NCBI GenBank assembly: GCA_045612885.1
Contig: JAZKZZ010000009.1
Coordinates: 1-53,431, forward strand
DNA: 53,431 nucleotides
Direction: 5' to 3'
Origin: Bacilli bacterium
GTDB taxonomy: Bacteria; Bacillota_I; Bacilli_A; RFN20; DUOF01
The number at the start of each line of letters is the position of its first letter. Within the stretch, counting starts at the first letter, position 1. Below, piece after piece: positions 42,901 through 49,538 of this stretch. Below the pieces are notes generated by a model, which searched no databases, had not been told where the DNA came from, and saw nothing but the letters and a program-made list of their open reading frames with translations. Both the position numbers and the translations under genes were made by a program.

Positions 42901-44641
42901 ATCTTCTGATATTAAGAAATCATTAGATACTAGAAAAGCTGAAATTGAAAAGAAATTACCAGGTGCTAGCGAAGAAGAAAAAGCTAAACTGATTGAAGAA
43001 AAATCAAAGATTGAAAGGGCAACTAGTGCTTTAGATGTTAAAGTTAGAGAAGGTAATAGAGAAGTTAGTTTATATGATTCTAAAGAAGCTAAGAAAGCAA
43101 GAGAAGATAATCATGCTGTAATAGTTTCTGGTGAAAATGTAAATCAAAAACGTGAAGACCTAGCAAAGAAACATGGCGAAACAGAAAAAGCTAAACAAAA
43201 CGTAACAACTAACGTAAAAGCTTTAAATAATGCCACTAAGGTTGCAACAGCATTAACTGGAGTCATTGCTAATAGTCCTTATGTAACTGCTTCTGTTGAT
43301 ACAAAAGCAGGTGTTGATGCTAATGGAAATTATGTTCGCCCTACTAAAGCGCCTAAGTATAAAGTAAATTCTGCTGACATATTGAAGAGAAAATCTGAAA
43401 AAGTAAAAGACGTGGTAGATAACTCTGGTGGTTCGGTAGTTGAAGCAGTAAATGGCATATCTCTATCTGAAGTTGCTCCAAGTACAGCTACAGTTAATCA
43501 AAAGCTAGATAAAGTAGAAAGTTATCATAATGATCAAATTACACAACTTGGTATTCAAAGAGATAACAATATTAATACAGGAATAGCTAATTTAGTGGCT
43601 GGAACTAAGACAATATCTTATGGAGAGGGAAATAAGAGTAAGAAAAAGGTTAATGATTTGATTAAACCAGATACAAGTGGTAAATATAATGTGGCAAATG
43701 TTTTAAATACATTAGATACATTCAAAAAAGAAAATAATATAGGTGATGATAATGTTGAATTTAATAATTTGTATACTGGAATTCAAAATCTAAATACCAC
43801 TGAACAAAACAAGTATATTGCTGGTGAAAAGATACACAAAGATGCGATTAGTAAAGTTGGAACTGCTAGAGGAGTTCTAAGAGCTTGTCAAGAAACATAC
43901 GCTATGGAGCATGGTGGAGTTACAAACTTAATGACAAAACTTGATAATCAATATCAAACTAACGCAGGACATCTAGATTTGTGTGATAAAATATTGAATG
44001 GAAATTCAGGCTTTGGAGTAAATATAACTGAGAAAGATAGAAATATATTAAGAGAATATTCAGGTGTTAATATAGGAAAGCAACCAGCTAAGAATTCAAC
44101 TAAGTCTGATAGAAGAGAAGATGAAGAGCAACTTAAGAAGGCTGCAACCAAAGCTAGAGCTAAACTTGCAGAAGAACAAAATAATATTCAAACTGAGCAA
44201 AAAGGTCTAAAAGGTAAGTCTGATGAGTTAACATCTTCATTAGTAAGTGCTATTACATCTGCATTAGAGACTACAGGAATCAAAGTTAATGTAGAGCCTG
44301 CTAATAGTGAAAAAGAAACTAAAGGTAAAGGAACTAATGGTGGAGAACAAGATAGCAATAAGAAGGCAGAAGGAGTTCAAGGGCCTACTAGTGGGCAAAA
44401 CGTTACTAACATTAATAACAATAACACTAATGTTATTGAGGAAGAAGGTCAAGGTACAAATAAAATGCCTGCGGCTAGCGGATTAGGACAATCAGTTGAT
44501 TGGGAAAGTTATTATGAGAGAATGCAAGTTGAAGGAATCAAACAAATGCAAGTAATGTTAGAAACAGTAAAGCTTAGAAACGAGCAAATCAAAGATGATT
44601 TAGAAATCATTAAACGTGAAATTCAGGATTTTAAAAATTAA
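39974..44641 (+). CDS. Extended VirB6-like (Mbov_0396-like) polytopic membrane protein with about 1000-aa hydrophilic C-terminal region
   Basis: Several TM segments in the first ~500 aa with QRIYKL...APSAISQYVLDDGQKFKTW, then a Gly/Ser linker, E/K repeats and long coiled coils. Confidence 0.7.
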   Translation: MQLLMSMTNMLATVDIETGGIFGGTFMQGVSAWGSSLLFMVLTMICKVLGLFADLLNIAFYVFSGIDIVGTNGQGKYEITVGGEKQNILDYFVLSERMTKAYLWIALASVALIVIFTIYKIIKQDYFDRAGPRSKGPIFRNVAISCISFLLVIPIFWLIIHASSLIAVVLMDLMGFDPSVLAGARVFLLSWSDGGEMVKGINSLYTSGNYNEAFTTMNNLDGRTLFTLLTKKKNLEFAVNLTTPQGKDIVKKALGYSEWSPNVPLAEFGMMVGKTPISGNFYWYIYLVGVVIVIMSLYKMLLAMLQRIYKLMGLFLVAPSAISQYVLDDGQKFKTWLQESIQEGLRLVSATMSFSIFLMALSLITEVSFIDAIQTSLTEVGIKSDTKVVLLAEGYIDPNEINSSNLDQFVDQSIITVINIKKSLTNIATGAANELSKYVTGKTVSDHIFNLADAFFKVFMLIGAGGAIMDLDAVLTPLISGAKSSLDAGGTGAAASGFATKAVSLAASGIGGVVGHVAGGLKNMGAEQAGEDAGAAEADKEGTGTVDDGGSGGGGSGGGGSGDPKDDEEKVETPTDQKDKDVKEETGDEEKVGDEGVEGKKGGDEVGDEKVEGKKDEEKSGEKKDEEKAGEKKADEKSGEKKTKEKDDKNKDKNNNKKTVKPIGTFLRKIGNGFRDIKSFAKKVPGAPRRGLNWLMKKGDKVQGKGGFWNEVGGGAIKGLALAGKLGLGTLKAAGSVVKGIGSGLLSATGSVFKEIFSAVGEGVLGKGTMKAFSEARDKAENKENAAAGKRYEAAKHQGYQMRREEQMKEAEANVKEKEQDVKTSTDQLNNAVNEEKVALEEVDRAEGEHAVNVANAEKSNSEVEAKNYESTTTKINNHKKEIEKLDKKNGTTYDEVKEQVEMYESVMKDKNAKPLSKKEKEDYKACKTQYDEYRKHMNHIENYEKQLSESGKNCDIVTGKDGLLNELGYNDPEMKSSDIKKSLDTRKAEIEKKLPGASEEEKAKLIEEKSKIERATSALDVKVREGNREVSLYDSKEAKKAREDNHAVIVSGENVNQKREDLAKKHGETEKAKQNVTTNVKALNNATKVATALTGVIANSPYVTASVDTKAGVDANGNYVRPTKAPKYKVNSADILKRKSEKVKDVVDNSGGSVVEAVNGISLSEVAPSTATVNQKLDKVESYHNDQITQLGIQRDNNINTGIANLVAGTKTISYGEGNKSKKKVNDLIKPDTSGKYNVANVLNTLDTFKKENNIGDDNVEFNNLYTGIQNLNTTEQNKYIAGEKIHKDAISKVGTARGVLRACQETYAMEHGGVTNLMTKLDNQYQTNAGHLDLCDKILNGNSGFGVNITEKDRNILREYSGVNIGKQPAKNSTKSDRREDEEQLKKAATKARAKLAEEQNNIQTEQKGLKGKSDELTSSLVSAITSALETTGIKVNVEPANSEKETKGKGTNGGEQDSNKKAEGVQGPTSGQNVTNINNNNTNVIEEEGQGTNKMPAASGLGQSVDWESYYERMQVEGIKQMQVMLETVKLRNEQIKDDLEIIKREIQDFKN
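41618..41659 (+). repeat. 15-bp tandem repeat encoding a (GGSGG)n linker
   Basis: GGAGGCTCTGGTGGT x2 plus GGAGGTTCAGGA. Confidence 0.85.
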
Positions 44642-44717
44642 TTGAGAACAAAATACTCAACATATATTGATAGCTTTAAAATCTTAGTTTAAAATAAAAC
44701 TAAGGGCTAACAATATT

Positions 44718-44747
44718 AATAGAGGCCCAAAAAGGGTCTCTATTTTT
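44718..44747 (+). terminator. Intrinsic terminator just upstream of first virB4
   Basis: AATAGAGGCCC-aaaaa-GGGTCTCTATT followed by TTT. Confidence 0.75.
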
Positions 44748-44769
44748 GTTATAAGGGGGTATTTAGTAA

Positions 44770-47208
44770 ATGGGAAGGAAAGGTGCAGATATATCACACT
44801 TTATTGCTGTTAGTAGCATAGAAGATGGTATAGTAACATATGTTAATAAAATGATTGCATCAGTAATAAAACTAGATAGTTTAAACTTAGGGTTATTAGA
44901 TCCAGAAGAGCAAAAGATTAAAGTTAATCAATTCGCTTCTATTTTGCGTGGATATAGATGGGACTGTTCTATTGTTAAATTGGAGAGACCTGTAGATTTA
45001 ACTAGTCAAATTAATGCTCAAGGAGATTTATTAAAAGTTCAACATAGAAAATTTAAAGATGGTAATATGGATGAAACTGGTTATCAAAATAGATTAAGAC
45101 AAGTTAATTTTGAAAAGAGAAGATTAGAGTTTTTTAATGAAGAATCTAAGATTTTTTCTAATGAGTTTTATTTTATAATGTATGGTAGAGATGTAGAAGA
45201 AATGAAGATGGCATTTGATGATGCTATGTCTAGATTTAATCTTATTAAGTTGAATCCTAAAAAATGTGATGATTTAGATATTAAGTTTTTGTTTTACCAC
45301 ATGTATAACCCTATAGGATCAAGAACAAAACAAGATTTTGAAAGTTCACAAGATTATATAAAAGATATTTTACCAGAGAGTATATCTTTAAAACCTAAAT
45401 TTATTAAAACTGATAGTATGTATGCTTCTACTATGGCAATTTATAAGTATCCTATGCATGTTGGTGAGTCTTGGTTAGCGCCTTTAACTGATATTAGTTC
45501 TACTTCATGTGTTATCAACATAAAACATATTGGTACAGATGAAGCTAAGCAATTGATGGATAAAGCTATTACTGAAGTTAGAACACAATTATTAAATAAA
45601 AATAAATCTTCGCAAGATATTGCTAAACAAGCGGAGTTAGAATCTTTCTTATATATTCTAGAAGAGATTGAAAGAGGTAGTGAAGTACTAAAGAGAGCTA
45701 ATGTTGTTTTATTGGCTTATAGTGATAATGAAAGAGATTTAAAGAATATAGTTCATAATGCAAATTCAATTGTAAAACAATGTTCTATGAGAGCAGACAA
45801 ATTATCTTATAGACAATTACAAGGATATGTTTCATGCATACCAACCCCTAAAGATTATTTAATGAAGGATTTAGGCAGAGATATACCATGTATTAGTTTG
45901 GGGGCTGGATTCCCGTTTGTATTCCAAGCGTTAGAAGATGAAAAGGGATTTTTATTAGGAAATAATAGATCAAATCTAATTTTCTTTGATCCTAGAGTTA
46001 GAAACCCTTCTAGAACAAACTCTAATATTATGATTATTGGTAAATCAGGTAGTGGTAAATCACACTTTACCAAAAAGATGGTTCTTAGATTATTATTGCA
46101 AGATATAAAAGTATTTATAGTTGACCCAGAAGGAGAATATGGAGTGTTGTGTAAAAAACTTGGTGGGCAAATGATTGATGTAGGTAGTGCTCTAGATTCA
46201 AGAATTAACCCATTCCATATATTTAGTTCAATGTTAGAAGAAGATGTAGAAGATAATGAAGAGACTAAAAAGAGTTTAAGAAGAAGTTCATTTAATGGTC
46301 AAATTCAATTCTTAGAGCAGTTCTTTTCTAGTTTGATTCCTGATTTAACAAATAAAGAATTATCAAGATTATCTACTGTCTTAGTAGATGCATATAAATT
46401 AAAGAAAATTAATGATGTAACAGATTTTGAAAAATTAGAAGCTAAAGATTATCCAATAATGGATGATGTAATGACTTTAATTCAAAAAAGAATAGCGGAA
46501 TTAAGTAAGATTATTACAAAAGATACTAATAGAACAGCAGACCTAGGTGATGAACTTGCCGATATGCGAAATCTTGAAGTTTATATGAAACGTTTAGCAA
46601 GTGGAGGATCATTATCAACTTTATGGAATGGGCCTACCACTATTAATACTAAAACTAGTGACTTTATCTTATTCGATTTTAAAAAGATGAATAACAGTAA
46701 AAATGACAGAGTTATGAATGCTCAAATGATGCTTGTTTTAAGATTCTTAGAAAATGAAATAAGTAAAAACAGAGAAAACAACTTAGCTAAACATTTGGAT
46801 AATTATATCGCTGTTATCGTAGACGAGGCACACGTGTTTATTGATGAAAAGAGCCCAGTTGCGCTACAATTTATGTTTAATATGGTTAAGAGAATAAGAA
46901 AGTATAATGGTATATTTGTAGTTATTACTCAAAACGTTAATGACTTTGTAGGTAGTGCCAATATTAAGAAGTATACAACAGCAATCATTAATGGATGTCA
47001 ATATTCATTTATCTTTGGTCTTAACCCAGCAGATTTACAATCATTAGTAGATTTGTATGCATCAGTTGGTGGATTTAGTGAAGAAGAGAGAATGTTTATT
47101 GGTAATGCGGGTATAGGACAATGTTTATTTATTGTATCACCTAATCAAAGAATTATTATGGAAAGAATTATGATAAGTGGCGAAGAAGAGAGTGTATTTA
47201 AAGATTAA
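44770..47208 (+). CDS. virB4: VirB4-family T4SS ATPase, copy 1
   Basis: Walker A GKSGSGKS, IVDPEGEY, RINPF, Walker B VIVDEAH, RIRKYNG, ITQN. Confidence 0.9.
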   Translation: MGRKGADISHFIAVSSIEDGIVTYVNKMIASVIKLDSLNLGLLDPEEQKIKVNQFASILRGYRWDCSIVKLERPVDLTSQINAQGDLLKVQHRKFKDGNMDETGYQNRLRQVNFEKRRLEFFNEESKIFSNEFYFIMYGRDVEEMKMAFDDAMSRFNLIKLNPKKCDDLDIKFLFYHMYNPIGSRTKQDFESSQDYIKDILPESISLKPKFIKTDSMYASTMAIYKYPMHVGESWLAPLTDISSTSCVINIKHIGTDEAKQLMDKAITEVRTQLLNKNKSSQDIAKQAELESFLYILEEIERGSEVLKRANVVLLAYSDNERDLKNIVHNANSIVKQCSMRADKLSYRQLQGYVSCIPTPKDYLMKDLGRDIPCISLGAGFPFVFQALEDEKGFLLGNNRSNLIFFDPRVRNPSRTNSNIMIIGKSGSGKSHFTKKMVLRLLLQDIKVFIVDPEGEYGVLCKKLGGQMIDVGSALDSRINPFHIFSSMLEEDVEDNEETKKSLRRSSFNGQIQFLEQFFSSLIPDLTNKELSRLSTVLVDAYKLKKINDVTDFEKLEAKDYPIMDDVMTLIQKRIAELSKIITKDTNRTADLGDELADMRNLEVYMKRLASGGSLSTLWNGPTTINTKTSDFILFDFKKMNNSKNDRVMNAQMMLVLRFLENEISKNRENNLAKHLDNYIAVIVDEAHVFIDEKSPVALQFMFNMVKRIRKYNGIFVVITQNVNDFVGSANIKKYTTAIINGCQYSFIFGLNPADLQSLVDLYASVGGFSEEERMFIGNAGIGQCLFIVSPNQRIIMERIMISGEEESVFKD

Positions 47209-47224
47209 ATACACTTTCTTTTTT
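47186..47224 (+). terminator. Intrinsic terminator
   Basis: AAGAGAGTGTATTT / AAATACACTTTCTT followed by a T-tract. Confidence 0.75.
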
Positions 47225-47242
47225 ATTATATAAGTGAAACGA

Positions 47243-47272
47243 TTGAAAAAAAGAAATTATGTAAGGTATAAT
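47243..47272 (+). promoter_or_regulatory. SigA-like promoter of second module
   Basis: TTGAAA, 18 bp, TATAAT. Confidence 0.55.
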
Positions 47273-47315
47273 TTAATTAGGTCTAAGGTAGACTAGATTT
47301 GTGTGGTGATTAAGG

Positions 47316-49226
47316 ATGAATTTGTTAGCTTTAACAGGAAGTTCGTATGAGGGCACAGCCAGGGGTATCTTATATGTTGTTTATGAAATAATGTGGAAAC
47401 TTATTTACTACGTTTTAACATTGGTAGATGAGATTACAGTTTTATTTTATAAAGTGGCAGGAATTAATGTTGTTGATGGAGCGGTTGAGAATACTAATAT
47501 GATTGATCAACTACTTAATCAAGGAGTAATTGGTACTTGGTATGGCTTCTTTACTCTTATTGCAGCAGTTTTAGTAGTGATATTATCTCTAGTTGCAATT
47601 TTAAAAGCAGTGTCTTCTAACGACGAAAAGAAAAGTTTGGGACCAGTGATAAAAAATATAGGATTAGCGACTTTACTTTTAATAGCGTTAGGACCTATTT
47701 TATTACTATTATTATCGTTAGTGAGCAATGCTGGATTAGCAATTGCTAGATTTGGTGGTAACAATAATATTAGTATTGCAGATATCTTATTTAATAATAG
47801 TGGAAACTTACTAACTGTGTATAATGAAACATATGCTACAGAGATAACATCGTTTAGAGATTTAGGAAATGATTTCTTATATGAATTATCAAGTAATCCA
47901 AAAGCAGGCGTTACTGAGTTTAATTTCCATTGGTATATTGTACTTATTGGTGGAACATATGTTTTATATAATTTAGTTCGTATTGTTATAGATATCATAC
48001 GAAGAATATTTAATATAGTTGTTTTATATGTTGGATCTCCTTTTGCGATTTCTAAAATGGTAGTAGATGATGGAAGAAGTTTTAAAGAATGGCAATCTAA
48101 AATGATCTATGAATTCTTGTTATTATTTACTCAACTTGGAACGTTTATGATTTTTATTGCTATCGTTAATATATTAAGTAATATAGACTTTACAGGATTA
48201 GCAAATAACGAACCAGTAAATCCAGAAGATACACTGCTTGAGCCAGATATGAGGCCTGAAGTTGAAGTAGAAGAAGGGGAATTTGTATTACTAAATGGAA
48301 TAGGCAGAACATTAATTATTATGACTGCTATAAGTGTAACTAGAAGTAGCGCTGAAATGTTAGCTAATTTATTAACTAGTAAAGAAAGTAAGACAGAAAA
48401 CTTACTTGAAAGCTTACTTAATAAATTACCAAATAGATCTAGTGCACCAGTTACTAGAACAAGAACAATTACTAGGAATACTACTAGTACTAGACGTGAA
48501 ACTGTGTTTGTAGAAGCTACTCCTACAAGAGGAGCGTTTGAAGGAGCAGGTGGTGGTGCTGGAAGTAATAATTCAGTTAACCGAAATACAATTAATCAAA
48601 ATGTAAATATAAATAATAGATTTACTAATAACAATACTAATAACATTACCAACAGAACTTTAAAAGAGGGCATAAAACAGGGTGGATATGCGGAAGGTGC
48701 AAATGTACAACCAAGTACTATTTATATAAATACAACTAAGACAATTGAAAGTGTTCCATCTTCTAAAAACAAATGGAACTTAATGGATAGTAGTGCTACT
48801 AAGACAGTTGCTAATGTCACTAAAGAATATGCTAAAGCTAATGCCAACTTAACTACTGTTATTAATAATGGTGGGGATAATGCTTCACTTAAAAAATCTC
48901 TAGAAGAATATACTAGAGCTTATAGTAAGGAAGCAGAAGTAATAAGTGCTAATTATAGACAGTTTGAAACTAGAGCTAATGCTTCAATGAAATCTGAACT
49001 AGCTAGTCAAACTAAACAAGAACTTAAGAATATTTCTTTAGCTTATAAGAAAGCTCAATTGGATTACAGCAGAACTGCTGATAAATTAAAACAATACAGT
49101 GATGAAAGAATATCTACTTCAGAAGCATTAAAGATGAAAGAACAAGCTGACAAGCAAAGAGAAAGATTGATGGCAGCATCAAATAGAGCTGCTCAGTTCT
49201 ACGAAAACCAAAAGAAGGGGGAATAG
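47316..49226 (+). CDS. VirB6-like (Mbov_0396-like) membrane protein, copy 2, with T/R- and N-rich linker and helical C-terminus
   Basis: FHWYIVLIG...RRIFNIVVLYVGSPFAISKMVVDDGRSFKEW aligns with the same region of the 1555-aa protein. Confidence 0.7.
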   Translation: MNLLALTGSSYEGTARGILYVVYEIMWKLIYYVLTLVDEITVLFYKVAGINVVDGAVENTNMIDQLLNQGVIGTWYGFFTLIAAVLVVILSLVAILKAVSSNDEKKSLGPVIKNIGLATLLLIALGPILLLLLSLVSNAGLAIARFGGNNNISIADILFNNSGNLLTVYNETYATEITSFRDLGNDFLYELSSNPKAGVTEFNFHWYIVLIGGTYVLYNLVRIVIDIIRRIFNIVVLYVGSPFAISKMVVDDGRSFKEWQSKMIYEFLLLFTQLGTFMIFIAIVNILSNIDFTGLANNEPVNPEDTLLEPDMRPEVEVEEGEFVLLNGIGRTLIIMTAISVTRSSAEMLANLLTSKESKTENLLESLLNKLPNRSSAPVTRTRTITRNTTSTRRETVFVEATPTRGAFEGAGGGAGSNNSVNRNTINQNVNINNRFTNNNTNNITNRTLKEGIKQGGYAEGANVQPSTIYINTTKTIESVPSSKNKWNLMDSSATKTVANVTKEYAKANANLTTVINNGGDNASLKKSLEEYTRAYSKEAEVISANYRQFETRANASMKSELASQTKQELKNISLAYKKAQLDYSRTADKLKQYSDERISTSEALKMKEQADKQRERLMAASNRAAQFYENQKKGE

Positions 49227-49229
49227 AAA

Positions 49230-49538
49230 ATGGGATACTTAATACCTAAATCAGCAAGAAATGTAAAATTGCAATTATTTAAAGGAATGGGATTACCAGA
49301 GGCTGGAATTATTGCTTTAGCAGCAGCTATAGCACTTTTAATATTCCAAACTAAATGGGGAATTATTGCTCAAATAGTTATTTGTTCTCTATTGGGTTTA
49401 ATTACTTTGTTAATGGTTTCGCCTTCTTTTATTACTAACAAAAAAGGATATCAAACTTTTGGTGTTATCTTTGATTTCTTTTCTCAAGAAAAATATTATA
49501 AAAAGAGAAATGGTGTGAATAAAAATGGCAAAAAGTAA
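49230..49538 (+). CDS. PrgI/VirB3-like small membrane protein
   Basis: YLIPK N-terminal motif, two TM helices, basic tail; overlaps the downstream virB4. Confidence 0.7.
   Translation: MGYLIPKSARNVKLQLFKGMGLPEAGIIALAAAIALLIFQTKWGIIAQIVICSLLGLITLLMVSPSFITNKKGYQTFGVIFDFFSQEKYYKKRNGVNKNGKK

Noticed and set aside
41194-44452. Minus-strand ORFs inside the 1555-aa gene
   Set aside because: These are antisense shadows of low-complexity coding sequence (S/F-rich) with no RBS or motifs. The same applies to the other short antisense ORFs in the track.
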